A program made the position numbers and the translations under genes. A DNA stretch of 64,000 nucleotides from the IMG/VR virus record IMGVR_UViG_3300028840_001395, positions 124,001-188,000 of that record; one strand, given 5' to 3'. The number at the start of each line of letters is the position of its first letter. Position 1 is the first letter of the stretch. This document shows positions 45,103 to 54,693 of the stretch, one piece after another. Under the pieces are notes generated by a model that saw nothing but the letters and a program-made list of their open reading frames with translations, had not been told where the DNA came from and did no database searches.

Positions 45103-45239
45103 CGCACCGGGCTCTCCATGCCCTGTCCCGAGCTATCGACACCCGAAACGCAAGGGCCGACCCAGTTGACGACCGCCGTGGCCACGATGCCCACGATGGC
45201 GACGGTGATGAGAAGCTCGATGAGCGTATATCCCTTCAT
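45099..45239 (-). CDS. 46-aa type IV mini-pilin (prepilin N-methylation motif; absent from ORF track)
   Basis: MKG|YTLIELLITVAIVGIVATAVV with E5; GGGAG RBS; ATGA overlap. Confidence 0.75.
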   Translation of the reverse strand: MKGYTLIELLITVAIVGIVATAVVNWVGPCVSGVDSSGQGMESPVR

Positions 45240-45682
45240 GGATTCTCCCCTGTCAGCTTACGAAGAGTGCTGTAGATGGCGTCCAAGGCCCTCTCACGGG
45301 CCTGCTTGGCAACCTTGTCCTGATCCATGCCCTCACCCACGGTCATCATGGCCCCATGCAGCGTGAGGGCTGTTCCAAGCACCATCAAGGCATCGAAGCG
45401 TGCCAGCTTGAGGATCTTCGCCCGGATTCTCCGGGGGAGCTGGCCGAGATGCTTCTCGGAGCGCTCGACGTATAGCTCAACCTGGTGCCGATCATGTTCG
45501 ATGGCATCCTTGATGAACTGGGGCAACGAGGCTTCCAACTCGCGTTCGCGGCGCTTGACCGCCTCGGCCTCCCTACGAGCCTTGTCAAGTCGCTCTTTTT
45601 CGGCTTTTTCGCGCTGAGCAGATACGATCTGCTCCTCGGTGGCGAGTCCCGATTTCGTCAGAGCGTCTTGAAGTGAGCCCAT
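45236..45682 (-). CDS. Helical hypothetical protein
   Basis: MGSLQDALTKSGL..., charged coiled coil. Confidence 0.6.
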   Translation of the reverse strand: MGSLQDALTKSGLATEEQIVSAQREKAEKERLDKARREAEAVKRRERELEASLPQFIKDAIEHDRHQVELYVERSEKHLGQLPRRIRAKILKLARFDALMVLGTALTLHGAMMTVGEGMDQDKVAKQARERALDAIYSTLRKLTGENP

Positions 45683-45858
45683 TATTTCGGCCTCTTGAAG
45701 TAGTAGCGGGTCACACGGATGCCCTGGTCACGGTCGGTGAACTCACGGGTGTCATAGTGCTCCCATCCAGACTTCCCGTACTCGTTGAGGAGGGCCACGA
45801 TGCTCTTGTTCGTGGCCTCGGGGTCTTCACTGATGATCTGGTATTCCCATGCGTTCAT
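45682..45858 (-). CDS. DUF4177-like small protein
   Basis: WEY...LLNEYGKSGWE...YYFKRP. Confidence 0.7.
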   Translation of the reverse strand: MNAWEYQIISEDPEATNKSIVALLNEYGKSGWEHYDTREFTDRDQGIRVTRYYFKRPK

Positions 45859-46538
45859 CGCTTCTCCTGTGCAAGCTCCCATGCCTGCTCTGCGAGCTTC
45901 CGGGCGTCCTCGACCGGCGCTCCCTGCATATAGATACCTGCCTCACCCCGGAGACAGGCGGATTCGTGATGGCTCTGCGCCCAAGCGGCCAGGAAGCTGA
46001 TCACGAACTCCTCCACGAACCGAGCCTTGGACAGAGACTTGCCCTCCATCCACGGGGAGAGCATCCCTGACAAGACTACTCTAGGAAGGGCGTTCAATAA
46101 GCCCTCTACCGTCTGGGTGATTCGCATGGACACCTCGATGAACGTCCTGTTCACGGCGTCCAGGAGGGCCGTGAGCGCCTGATCGACCGTCTTGCGGCCC
46201 TCACACCCCACCGGGAACATCGGTTGCCCCAGAGGCATATCGATCCCCGCTCCCCAGCCGTTCGCCCGCTCGTCGCCCGTGATGGGGCAGAGGTCTGGCT
46301 CCTCATACCAGACGTGGATGACGGCGACCTTGCCCCCGTGGGGGTCGCCCTGGTCGGGCCAGCCGTGGAAGCTCTGGCAGCGAGGCTCTCCGGGGCCGGG
46401 GCCGGTCACACCGGAGTATTTCCACTTCATCGCCATCGGGGTCAGCTTCTGGAGCTTCTCGATGGTTTTCAGGGCGAAGTGGGCGTCCGCCTCGGCCTGG
46501 GCATCTTCCTCGGTTCCAGGGTAGTTTACGGGCATCAT
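45855..46538 (-). CDS. Hypothetical protein
   Basis: GGAGGAG RBS, coupled. Confidence 0.6.
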   Translation of the reverse strand: MMPVNYPGTEEDAQAEADAHFALKTIEKLQKLTPMAMKWKYSGVTGPGPGEPRCQSFHGWPDQGDPHGGKVAVIHVWYEEPDLCPITGDERANGWGAGIDMPLGQPMFPVGCEGRKTVDQALTALLDAVNRTFIEVSMRITQTVEGLLNALPRVVLSGMLSPWMEGKSLSKARFVEEFVISFLAAWAQSHHESACLRGEAGIYMQGAPVEDARKLAEQAWELAQEKR

Positions 46539-47971
46539 CTCCTCCCACTGCCGGGAATACGATGTCTAGGGCACGGAGAAGGATTCTCGGGGTTCTCGCC
46601 TGCTTGGCATTTCCAAGACCATACCCCGCTCTTGGACTTGGACGAAATCCCGTAGTCACACGCCGGACACTGGACACTCTTGCGGGTGCTGCCCTCTGCG
46701 GGCTTGTCCTCGTAGAAGTCACAGTCCTCGTACCCGGTCATGTTCACGTTGATATGGCAGTCACCGTCATCCTTGAGGTGCTTGCACGTCGTACACTTCG
46801 GCCACACTTTCGTTGGTGTCTTCTGCGAGTACAGGTTGCAGATCGGAGCCGTTCCCAACGCCTCGTCCACCTTGCAGGTGCCGGGGCCTCCGTAGTTCTC
46901 ACAGTTCTTGCAGTTGCGCTCCGAGGGACGGGTGGCCCGAAGTCCTGTCCCGCCCGTGGGGGCGATCCCGGCCCACTTGAAGTCCGCGCAACTGACGGGG
47001 TTGCCGATCACCCAGTTCAACCGACATCCGGGGACTTGGGCGTCGAAGTGGACGCACTGGGGGCAACTGGGCTTCGGGCCGGGGCTAGCCTTCTCGGCCT
47101 TGGTCTTGAAGTCTTCACAGTCCCGCGACGGGTAGTGGCCCCGCTGGCACTGCCAGTCCCAGTCGCCGTCCGACGCCTCAACACGGGTGCCATGCTGGCA
47201 GCGGCCACAAGGCACGTTGCGTGTCTCGCCCGTGGCCTGGAGGGGTTTCCAGTCGTTCGCCAGGGTCGGCTGCTTCGCCGCCGCCTTCGGCGGCGGCTTG
47301 GGCAAGTCAGTGGGATGGTCTGGCTGCTGGGCCTTGGGGACGTTGTGGAGGTGGTAGCAGCTACGGGTCTTGTTGGGGTCGCGCTTCTCCTTGCTGCCGC
47401 AGTTGATGAACTCCGCTGCACAGCCCCGACACGGGTCCGCATAGTCGTAGCACCGGACGACATAGCCCTTGGCCAACCACTCGCGGAGCTTGTCCGGCGT
47501 CACGTCGGCGGTCCCACTCTCGTCGGAGAACCGGATGGTGGCGTAGTCCTTGTCCACCGCGAAGAGGCTGCCCGCCCGGATCTCGCACGAGTACACCCCC
47601 CACGAATGGTTGAACGTCTTGACCACCATGTAGCTGTGAGGCAGCGGGAAAATGGCTCGGACAGAGGACAGCCATCCGATGAAATCGTCCTTGAGCGGCT
47701 TGATGACCACCCGCTCAGCCTCTTCCACCGTCCGGGCGAACGGATCCAGTCGGGTCACGATCTGACAGACGGCCCACTCGTTCTGATTCAGGATGATCTC
47801 CAGGCGGAGGGAGCGGTCGAAGTCCGCCTGGAGGATCCAGTGGATACCGTCCGGTGTCTGCCGGACTTCCCAAGCATGGGCGGAAATCTCGGGGAAGATT
47901 TCCCGCGCCAGCCGGACGATGCCGGTGATCGTCATGCCCTGCTGGGCCGCAGCCTGGGGAAGTGCGCTCAC
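46535..47971 (-). CDS. DFxGW-family paralogue with six short C-terminal Cys clusters
   Basis: EIFPE...DDFIGWLSS; repeated CxxC.H/N...C...C. Confidence 0.7.
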   Translation of the reverse strand: MSALPQAAAQQGMTITGIVRLAREIFPEISAHAWEVRQTPDGIHWILQADFDRSLRLEIILNQNEWAVCQIVTRLDPFARTVEEAERVVIKPLKDDFIGWLSSVRAIFPLPHSYMVVKTFNHSWGVYSCEIRAGSLFAVDKDYATIRFSDESGTADVTPDKLREWLAKGYVVRCYDYADPCRGCAAEFINCGSKEKRDPNKTRSCYHLHNVPKAQQPDHPTDLPKPPPKAAAKQPTLANDWKPLQATGETRNVPCGRCQHGTRVEASDGDWDWQCQRGHYPSRDCEDFKTKAEKASPGPKPSCPQCVHFDAQVPGCRLNWVIGNPVSCADFKWAGIAPTGGTGLRATRPSERNCKNCENYGGPGTCKVDEALGTAPICNLYSQKTPTKVWPKCTTCKHLKDDGDCHINVNMTGYEDCDFYEDKPAEGSTRKSVQCPACDYGISSKSKSGVWSWKCQAGENPENPSPCPRHRIPGSGRR

Positions 47972-48414
47972 CCTTCGCCCACCGTGTAGGCGTCACATTC
48001 ACCCGTCCCGCAACAGCCAAGGCACGAGGTTCCGCACACGGGGCATGACCCCTCCCCGTAGCACACGGGGCACGGGTCGCCTTCCTTGAGCGGGCCATCC
48101 GTGAACCAGAAGTCTCGGAGGTCGAGTCGCCACTTGCACCCGAGCTTCTCATCGGCCCGGTTGGCGAAGCAGTCGTAGCACCACACCCCAGCGTCGGAGC
48201 CGATGACCTCATCCCAGAGCTTCGGAGGCACCAGGAAGTCGTGGACGTTGCGGCCACAGTCCCGGCAGCGAGCACACTCCTCGATCAAGGGATACGTCTT
48301 GAGCGTGTGCCGGTTGACCCACTGGGTCAGGTTCCACAGGTGGATACGCCCGATCTTGAGCAGGTAGCCCACCATGTTCCGCCACCCGGTCATCTCTTCG
48401 CGGAGGTCAGTCAT
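47968..48414 (-). CDS. Cys-rich hypothetical protein
   Basis: CRDCG...WCYDCF; CPVC..EG.CPVC. Confidence 0.55.
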   Translation of the reverse strand: MTDLREEMTGWRNMVGYLLKIGRIHLWNLTQWVNRHTLKTYPLIEECARCRDCGRNVHDFLVPPKLWDEVIGSDAGVWCYDCFANRADEKLGCKWRLDLRDFWFTDGPLKEGDPCPVCYGEGSCPVCGTSCLGCCGTGECDAYTVGEG

Positions 48415-49042
48415 TGGGGAATCCACAGGCCGGGCACTTGTCCTGCCAGCTTGCGTTGTAACAGACCTCGCAGTTGGAGCACACGCGGGAGTGCTCGTGG
48501 CTGGCGTGCTCCGGGCAGAACTCGACAATCCGGCCTTCCTTCCAGGTGCAGGCGACACAGGCACAGGCGGAGCAGAACACACCGCCCTGCTCGCCGGGCT
48601 TGGCCCCGCAGATGTGGCAGGGCTTGTCCTCATCGCCCAGCGATTCGAGAAAGCGCATGACCTCCCGGTATCGGGGAGTCTCCTCGCCCCGCCACTTGGG
48701 GAAGTCTCGCAAGGCCCACTGAAGCTGTCGGATGGCCTCGGCCCGGCTCCGGGATAGCTCCAGCATCGCCCGTGGGAGCACGTCGGAGGGCTTGATGGTC
48801 GCCCCTGCCAGGCTGACATCCCGAAGCTCGTGAAGGTGGTCTTGGACGGCCAGACAGAGCCGTAGCACGGTGGTCTTGTACTCGTCGTAGGTGATCATGC
48901 CCATGTTGGCCAGTTCCCAGGCCAAAGCGTGAGCCGTCTCGTGCGGCGAAGAACACCGCTTCTCCAGCCACTTCCGGTCGCCCTCGTTGATGAGGGCGGC
49001 GAGCTTCTCGCGGAGCATCTCATCGGTCAGGGACAGGTTCAT
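48407..49042 (-). CDS. Helical hypothetical protein with C-terminal Cys clusters
   Basis: ATGA overlap, start MNLSLTDE. Confidence 0.6.
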   Translation of the reverse strand: MNLSLTDEMLREKLAALINEGDRKWLEKRCSSPHETAHALAWELANMGMITYDEYKTTVLRLCLAVQDHLHELRDVSLAGATIKPSDVLPRAMLELSRSRAEAIRQLQWALRDFPKWRGEETPRYREVMRFLESLGDEDKPCHICGAKPGEQGGVFCSACACVACTWKEGRIVEFCPEHASHEHSRVCSNCEVCYNASWQDKCPACGFPND

Positions 49043-49434
49043 TCGGGCACCCCCGGCCTCTTGGCCTTCCAGTCCCCGACTACTTCGTAGGGCTGGTCGA
49101 AGTAGCGGAAGCCCTGGAAGCCCTTCATCTTGATGGGCTTGACCCACTTCCACGAGTCGGCTCGCATCATCAGCCGGGCACCTTCGCCCCAGTCCCGGTT
49201 GGTGACCTCGCAGGTGTTCTGCTCGCCCCAGTCGATGCCCAGCAGGGTGCAGAAGCCCCGGACGTAGCCGTCCTCGACGTAGAACACCTTGTCGCCGGGT
49301 CGTAGTTCCTGGGGAACACGCTTCATCCGCCGGAAGTAGAGCACTCCCGGCCCGCCGCCCTGGGCCTTGGCCCACTCGGCTTCGGCCTCGGCGTTGACCC
49401 GCTCCGACTTGGGAGTCGTGACCACGATGTCCAT
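49039..49434 (-). CDS. ASCH/PUA-like domain protein
   Basis: PGDKVFYVEDGYVRGF...PIKMKGFQGFRY. Confidence 0.6.
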   Translation of the reverse strand: MDIVVTTPKSERVNAEAEAEWAKAQGGGPGVLYFRRMKRVPQELRPGDKVFYVEDGYVRGFCTLLGIDWGEQNTCEVTNRDWGEGARLMMRADSWKWVKPIKMKGFQGFRYFDQPYEVVGDWKAKRPGVPE

Positions 49435-49766
49435 CAGTCCCCCTCCTTGGTCACGAGCCGGAGCCGCCTCGACCGGGCGACTTCCTCCTCGAATCGGCGC
49501 TTGTCCTCCTCGTTGCAGAGGAGCATCACCTCATAGGCCAGCTTCATATCGAGCGGGAATCGCAAGTGAATGCAGATCTGGCCTCCGCCTTGGAACTCGT
49601 TCCGCACCTGGATGGACGCACAGCGCACGTTCTCGTAGCGGTCGGGGTCTCCGTTCACCCAGAGGCGCTCGATCTGGTTGAGGAAATGGCCCAGACGACC
49701 CTCACGGGGGTTGTCAAGCTCCTTGAGCGTCACGTCGAAGCTGAGGCCCTTCTCCAGATCGCCCAC
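49434..49766 (-). CDS. Hypothetical protein
   Basis: GGAGGT RBS after a class I promoter. Confidence 0.6.
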   Translation of the reverse strand: MGDLEKGLSFDVTLKELDNPREGRLGHFLNQIERLWVNGDPDRYENVRCASIQVRNEFQGGGQICIHLRFPLDMKLAYEVMLLCNEEDKRRFEEEVARSRRLRLVTKEGD

Positions 49767-49781
49767 AGGGGCACCTCCTAC

Positions 49782-49813
49782 AGAGACTACTCCGCCGGAG
49801 TGCCGGGTAAGCC
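49782..49813 (-). promoter_or_regulatory. Class I bipartite phage promoter motif
   Basis: GGCTTAC-N14-GAGTAGTCTCT. Confidence 0.72.
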
Positions 49814-49815
49814 CC

Positions 49816-50223
49816 CTAGTCGTGCCAGCGCTTGACCTCGAAGCCCTGGAGGTCGCCCAGCAAGAGCTTCTCGCCGCAGTCGGGACAGGGCTTGCCGACC
49901 TTCACGTCGTCGGTGCAGGTCTTGGCCTCCTGGCAGGTGTTGCACCAGACATCGAAGTTGGCCGTGATGAAGCCCCACCCCACCGAGTCCGTCCCGAACA
50001 GCCCGTTGAGCAGCCCCAGAATCCCGACCTTGAAGTTGCCGGGCGTGGGCTTCCCCGTCTGCTCATTGTAGGCCGATACCTGGATGGTCGGGTGGTCGGC
50101 CAACGCTTCGTTGCAAGGCACGCGGGCCTCGACCAGCGCCCGCATCGCAGCGGGATCGAGCTTGACGGCCTCGTTGAGCAGCTTCACGACATCTTCGGGG
50201 GTTACAGAGGTGATATCGGGCAT
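49816..50223 (-). CDS. Phage-type hypothetical protein with C-terminal zinc ribbon
   Basis: LLNEAVKLDP...RVPCN..LADHPTIQV...VGILGLLNGLFG; CxxC...CxxC. Confidence 0.65.
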   Translation of the reverse strand: MPDITSVTPEDVVKLLNEAVKLDPAAMRALVEARVPCNEALADHPTIQVSAYNEQTGKPTPGNFKVGILGLLNGLFGTDSVGWGFITANFDVWCNTCQEAKTCTDDVKVGKPCPDCGEKLLLGDLQGFEVKRWHD

Positions 50224-50236
50224 CCGGGCCTCCCTT

Positions 50237-50713
50237 CTAGTCGCAGTGGATGCAGAGGTTGTAGCGGTCGATGGTCTGCCCCTCGTCATCGGTCAGGAAC
50301 AGCCGGGTGTTGCACAGGACAGACGTGGACGGCCCCATGTCCGGGTCATCCCCCCGCAGCCAGAACTCGATGAGGTAGGCGTGGGTGTCCTCCACGGGGA
50401 TGTCCCGGAGACGGGGATGCTTGGCCCGTTCCTGATCCCGAGAACGGACGTGCTTCAGGTGTCGCCGGGCCTCGTCGTGGCTGAACTCGGACTGGCTGAA
50501 GTTGACCTGTCGGGAGGGGTAGATGATGGCCCCCTGCAACTCTACAGGCTCGCCCTTGTCATCAACGTGACCCTCGGGATAGAGCAGGATGGGGCCACCA
50601 TCCTTCCCCATCGCACCCGGTTCGGCCACGACACACCGGAGAACCCGGCACCGCCGGATGTCCTCGATGTAGGCCCAGCCCTCATCACCAACGGTCTGCA
50701 TCTTGAGAATCAT
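50237..50713 (-). CDS. Hypothetical protein
   Basis: GAGGAGG RBS; C-terminal FLTDDEGQTIDR. Confidence 0.6.
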   Translation of the reverse strand: MILKMQTVGDEGWAYIEDIRRCRVLRCVVAEPGAMGKDGGPILLYPEGHVDDKGEPVELQGAIIYPSRQVNFSQSEFSHDEARRHLKHVRSRDQERAKHPRLRDIPVEDTHAYLIEFWLRGDDPDMGPSTSVLCNTRLFLTDDEGQTIDRYNLCIHCD

Positions 50714-50767
50714 GACGTACCTCCTTCTGACTACTGACTACGCACTACTATTAGCCAGATTATACCG

Positions 50768-52204
50768 TCAGAAGGGGATGTCATCGACCTTCTCCTGGTG
50801 GAGAAGACAGTCGTCGGTCGAGGTCGTGTCACTACCCTGGACACAGGTTGTGGCTCCTGAGCCTGGATCAGTGCGCTTGTATTTACACCCCCGGCACAGG
50901 GACTCGCTCCGTTTCTTGGGCGGCGGGGGCGGCGGCTCTTCCAGTGTCCAGTCCTCACACTTCGGGTCATCGGCATACCGCTCGGGACGGGTGCAGCCAT
51001 TGTTGTAGTGCCAGCATCCTTCGCAGCCCGTGATCCCATGCTCGAAGAACGGCACCATCGCCCCGCTGGCGACCAGCTCGCGCACCTGATCGTCAGAATC
51101 ATCCCCCATCATGTGGATGATATGGCCCTTCCCCCAACGATTCTCGCCAATCTCGACCGTCTGGGTGGTCAGGAACTTGTAGCCCTTGACCTCGACGGGG
51201 TGGGGAACCATGCCAGCAACGACCGAGAGCCAACCCACGAAGTCATCCCAGGAATGACTGCCGAAGACGACCCTCGACTTCTCCCGATAGACCGGGTGGC
51301 TACCCCCGTCTGTTTCCTCTCGGGTCAGAATCCCAACGGTATCATCCACGCCGATCACGAACTCGACGTACCAATCTTGACCGAGAGAAGCGAAGATATC
51401 GGCCTTCGGAATTCCTTTCATCGGAGAGGTGATGTTCCAGTCGTGACCTGGCACCCACGGAAAGACCTCCTTGATGGTCGGCAGGATGTTCAGGGCGATG
51501 GCCAACGGAGGGCCTTCCAGGTCGGGTGTCTCGGGCGGCGGCTCCTCGGGAGGCATTGGGACCAGCCAGCCCCGCAGGTGGTCAGGATCGGCGCTAAGAT
51601 GATTTCCCGACCCCTTGTGTCGGATGAGATCACCCTTGACTTCGACCTCATCATCCTTGGCAAAGCCCACGTCGTTCACGAAGAACGGCACCGTCACCAC
51701 ACAGGGAACCCACTGGCCTCCGTTCTCGACCTTGACAAGCAAGCCTTCCCCGATGGCCTTGGAAAGCTCATCGGCGGCTACCGTCCACAGCAGATGAGGG
51801 TCTGTCCGTATCCCCCTCGCCGCCCCGTTCCGCAGGTTGATCTCCACGATCTGACCCTCGGTCAAATCGAACTTCGGGACAAGCTCGAAGTCACCCGTGA
51901 CTACGAACGAAGAAATCTCTTCGACGGGGACGGGCGGCTTGGCGACCTTCATCGGCTTCATCCGGGTGTCGAGGACTTCCGAGAGATGCTTGTCTGCGGG
52001 GAGCCACTTGCCCCCGGTAGCCCGGCAGCGGAACTTGCTAGCACCCGCTCCCGAGAACAAGACCTCGATGGTCTCCCCGATCTTGACGTGCTGCTGGCCG
52101 TCCTCCGTCTGTAGGATGAAGTTCCGGGTGACATCGTAGTCCCTGACCTCGGGGGTCACGTTCCCGGTGGAGGCGAAGCCGTGGGGCATGTCTTGGCTGG
52201 CCAC
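50768..52204 (-). CDS. DFxGW-family paralogue with N-terminal beta-barrel-like repeats and C-terminal Cys clusters
   Basis: KEVFPWV...WDDFVGWLSVV; CEGCWHY, CRGCKY. Confidence 0.7.
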   Translation of the reverse strand: MASQDMPHGFASTGNVTPEVRDYDVTRNFILQTEDGQQHVKIGETIEVLFSGAGASKFRCRATGGKWLPADKHLSEVLDTRMKPMKVAKPPVPVEEISSFVVTGDFELVPKFDLTEGQIVEINLRNGAARGIRTDPHLLWTVAADELSKAIGEGLLVKVENGGQWVPCVVTVPFFVNDVGFAKDDEVEVKGDLIRHKGSGNHLSADPDHLRGWLVPMPPEEPPPETPDLEGPPLAIALNILPTIKEVFPWVPGHDWNITSPMKGIPKADIFASLGQDWYVEFVIGVDDTVGILTREETDGGSHPVYREKSRVVFGSHSWDDFVGWLSVVAGMVPHPVEVKGYKFLTTQTVEIGENRWGKGHIIHMMGDDSDDQVRELVASGAMVPFFEHGITGCEGCWHYNNGCTRPERYADDPKCEDWTLEEPPPPPPKKRSESLCRGCKYKRTDPGSGATTCVQGSDTTSTDDCLLHQEKVDDIPF

Positions 52205-52207
52205 GGA

Positions 52208-52330
52208 TTAGCCCCCATACGCCTTGATCAGATAGTCCGCCAGGAACCCAGCACCGATCAGAATCCACGTCGCCGCGAGGAACCACCAGCAGGCCTTGAG
52301 CACGTCCTCGGGGATGTTCGGGACTCTCAC
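52208..52330 (-). CDS. 40-aa single-TM peptide (absent from ORF track)
   Basis: WWFLAATWILIGAGFLADYLI; GTGA overlap. Confidence 0.5.
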   Translation of the reverse strand: MRVPNIPEDVLKACWWFLAATWILIGAGFLADYLIKAYGG

Positions 52331-52920
52331 TTGCCCATCCCCATCACCACGCGGGGCTCGGGCAGGTCATCCCTCACGAACTCACAGCGACCATAGGTTG
52401 CCTCCGAGATCACGAAGGTCTGCTTCCCTGTTCGGATGACCGGGATGCCAAACAGCATATCTGGCTGGGAGTCAGGGGCATACTCGTGGCCCAGCGCCTC
52501 CTGAACCTTGTGTCTCATCAAGTGCCAGGAGAACTTGCCTCCCAGGTAGATCGTCCCCGGAGGGATGTCGGCCCTCTCCAGGGCGAGAACGGCCTCTCTG
52601 ACACGCATCAGGGCGTCCCAGGTGCATTCCCGGAGAGCCTGCTTGCGGTCTCGACGCTTCTGGGCCGTCCCATCCTCCTCGTAGCTCTGCTGGATGAAGG
52701 GCTCGATCTCGTCCCTGAACTCCCCGTCGTAGGCGAAGGCGGTGGTGATGTCGTCACGGGTCAGGTGGGGATAGACTTCGTGGACGGCCTGGAACCAGTC
52801 CGCCTGGGTTCCCACGTCGCGGGTGATTCTGGCGATGCGCCAGATGTAGCAGCCCTTGATGTGAGCGATACCCTTGGCGTCCTTCTGAACCTCGGGAAAC
52901 AGGTCTTCCTGGTCGCTCAT
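52327..52920 (-). CDS. DUF433-like N-terminal domain protein
   Basis: VYPHLTRDDITTAFAY; GGAGG RBS. Confidence 0.55.
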   Translation of the reverse strand: MSDQEDLFPEVQKDAKGIAHIKGCYIWRIARITRDVGTQADWFQAVHEVYPHLTRDDITTAFAYDGEFRDEIEPFIQQSYEEDGTAQKRRDRKQALRECTWDALMRVREAVLALERADIPPGTIYLGGKFSWHLMRHKVQEALGHEYAPDSQPDMLFGIPVIRTGKQTFVISEATYGRCEFVRDDLPEPRVVMGMGK

Positions 52921-53462
52921 CTCTTCCTCCCGTGGCCCAGGATTCCGTGGAGTTCGTCTCGCAGGGACTCCGCTTCCTTGATGATCTCGATGGCCTTGTC
53001 CACGCACTCGGCGTGGGTCGGGCTGCCGGGCAGCGGGACGGCCTCGGCCAACCCCTGCAGCAGGTTCTCGTAGTGATGGAGAGTGGCCCGAAGCTCTCGC
53101 TCCGACTGGGACTTCCCTGCCGGGGTCTCGCTCTGGTCGGCACCGAGGAGCGCGATGATGTTGTCAGCGGCCTCCTTCAGGTCGGAGTGGTCGAGATAGC
53201 CCTCGGGAGTCCGCTTCTCGACCAACTTCATCTCACCCGGCCCCAACGTGTCGCCCGGATCCTCGCTGTCGAGCCACTCGATCAGGGCCTCGACGCACTC
53301 CTCCGAGTGCGGGGCCTCGTTGCCCTGGGGACAGTCGTGAAAGAGCGGGCAGCCCGTGAAATGAACCGGACAACCTCCGAACCGGCCCGCAATCGAGGAC
53401 TCCCAGGTGAGCCGACACGTCTCCACCACGTTGCGAACCAGGATGCTGTCACGGCGGCTCAT
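52917..53462 (-). CDS. Hypothetical protein
   Basis: GGAGGT RBS after a class I variant; CP.H..GCP...DCP. Confidence 0.6.
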   Translation of the reverse strand: MSRRDSILVRNVVETCRLTWESSIAGRFGGCPVHFTGCPLFHDCPQGNEAPHSEECVEALIEWLDSEDPGDTLGPGEMKLVEKRTPEGYLDHSDLKEAADNIIALLGADQSETPAGKSQSERELRATLHHYENLLQGLAEAVPLPGSPTHAECVDKAIEIIKEAESLRDELHGILGHGRKR

Positions 53463-53479
53463 CCAGCACCTCCTCTGGG

Positions 53480-53511
53480 CTATACTACTCCGACCAGGGG
53501 GTGCGTAGCCC
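53480..53511 (-). promoter_or_regulatory. Class I motif variant
   Basis: GGGCTAC-N14-GAGTAGTATAG. Confidence 0.6.
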
Positions 53512-53546
53512 CCCCACTTCGGGGTATGATGCACGGGGAGGATACG

Positions 53547-53849
53547 ATGGCCAAGAAAGTCGTCAACTGTCCCTACTGCGAGAAGCCCGGCGTCCTGAAA
53601 ACCCGCGAGTCCACCTTCCGCCGGGAGGACAAGTTCGTCACCATCCAGGTCAAGCACTACGAGTGCCCTTCGGGCTGCGAGATGCCCCGAGGCCAGGGTG
53701 ACCCACCCCTGCCGGAGAAGTACCGGGTGTTCGGCTGGGAGGATATGGAGTTGATGAAAGAGAACTCGGAGCAGGCCAAGCTCGCCTGGCTGGCCAAGTA
53801 CGGCGAGGAGATGCCCAAGCCCCGTAGGATTCGGCGTAAGCAGCCGTGA
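53547..53849 (+). CDS. YgiT/MqsA-type zinc-finger protein
   Basis: CPYC...TF......VTIQVKHYECP..C; GGAGG RBS. Confidence 0.6.
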   Translation: MAKKVVNCPYCEKPGVLKTRESTFRREDKFVTIQVKHYECPSGCEMPRGQGDPPLPEKYRVFGWEDMELMKENSEQAKLAWLAKYGEEMPKPRRIRRKQP

Positions 53850-53935
53850 AGGTCATCGCGTTCATCGGGATGACCTTGGTGATGCTCAGCATCCTCTGGT
53901 TCGGGCTCAATGGAGAAGACGATGGAGAGGAATGA
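53846..53935 (+). CDS. 29-aa single-TM peptide (absent from ORF track)
   Basis: MKVIAFIGMTLVMLSILWFGL + acidic tail; GTGA overlap. Confidence 0.4.
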   Translation: MKVIAFIGMTLVMLSILWFGLNGEDDGEE

Positions 53936-54581
53936 CCGCCGGACAGGGCCACTGACAGCCCGAGTGTTCAACGTGGAACATCCGTTCATTTACGTGGAAG
54001 TCTCCGCACCTGGAGAGTCCGGCCCCGCTGACAATCCCTTTCCCTGGAAGGACTCACTGGGCCTCGCAGTCCGGCTCGGAGAGGATGCCTTCCTCAAGCT
54101 GGCCAACTCGCCCGAAGCCACGCCGCCCTGCGTCATCGTGGACGTGCCTCCGACCACGAGGGGCAATATCCTGCCCAAGATCGAGGGTTGGGAGCAGGAA
54201 TTTGCTCGGGACATGGAGAAGGCGACTGACTTCACCCAGGAGGATCAGAACTTCTGGACGATGGACAAGAAGATGGTCGTCCTCGTCCCGGCAGCCCATG
54301 TCCTCTACCACGATGACCGGAACGGCAAGTCGGGAGCCTACCTCTGGATGCGAATCCACCTGCTCGGCTCCGAGACTCCGGTCGAGGACATGGAGAGCCT
54401 TCTCAAGGCGCTCGGGTACAAGCACTTCCGCGATGAGGATGCCAGCAACGGCATGTTCACCCGCTGCGGCGAGGCCTACTGCTACATCAGCCCCGAATGG
54501 CGCTCCGGCTGGTGGCAGAATCACGCCCTGGCCGAAGGAGGCATGGGGCGCTACCACTGGCGAGGAGAGCCTTGTGAGTAG
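53910..54581 (+). CDS. Hypothetical protein
   Basis: Co-oriented, GC3 bias. Confidence 0.6.
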   Translation: MEKTMERNDRRTGPLTARVFNVEHPFIYVEVSAPGESGPADNPFPWKDSLGLAVRLGEDAFLKLANSPEATPPCVIVDVPPTTRGNILPKIEGWEQEFARDMEKATDFTQEDQNFWTMDKKMVVLVPAAHVLYHDDRNGKSGAYLWMRIHLLGSETPVEDMESLLKALGYKHFRDEDASNGMFTRCGEAYCYISPEWRSGWWQNHALAEGGMGRYHWRGEPCE

Positions 54582-54693
54582 AGGTGGGGGCCGGGCCTGT
54601 CAGGAGTCGAGCGGCGACCCGGCCCCCTGGCTCGCAGGCCGCTCACTCTACCTATGTCTGCGACCCCCGGAAAACTTGCAGGAAAAGTGACCT

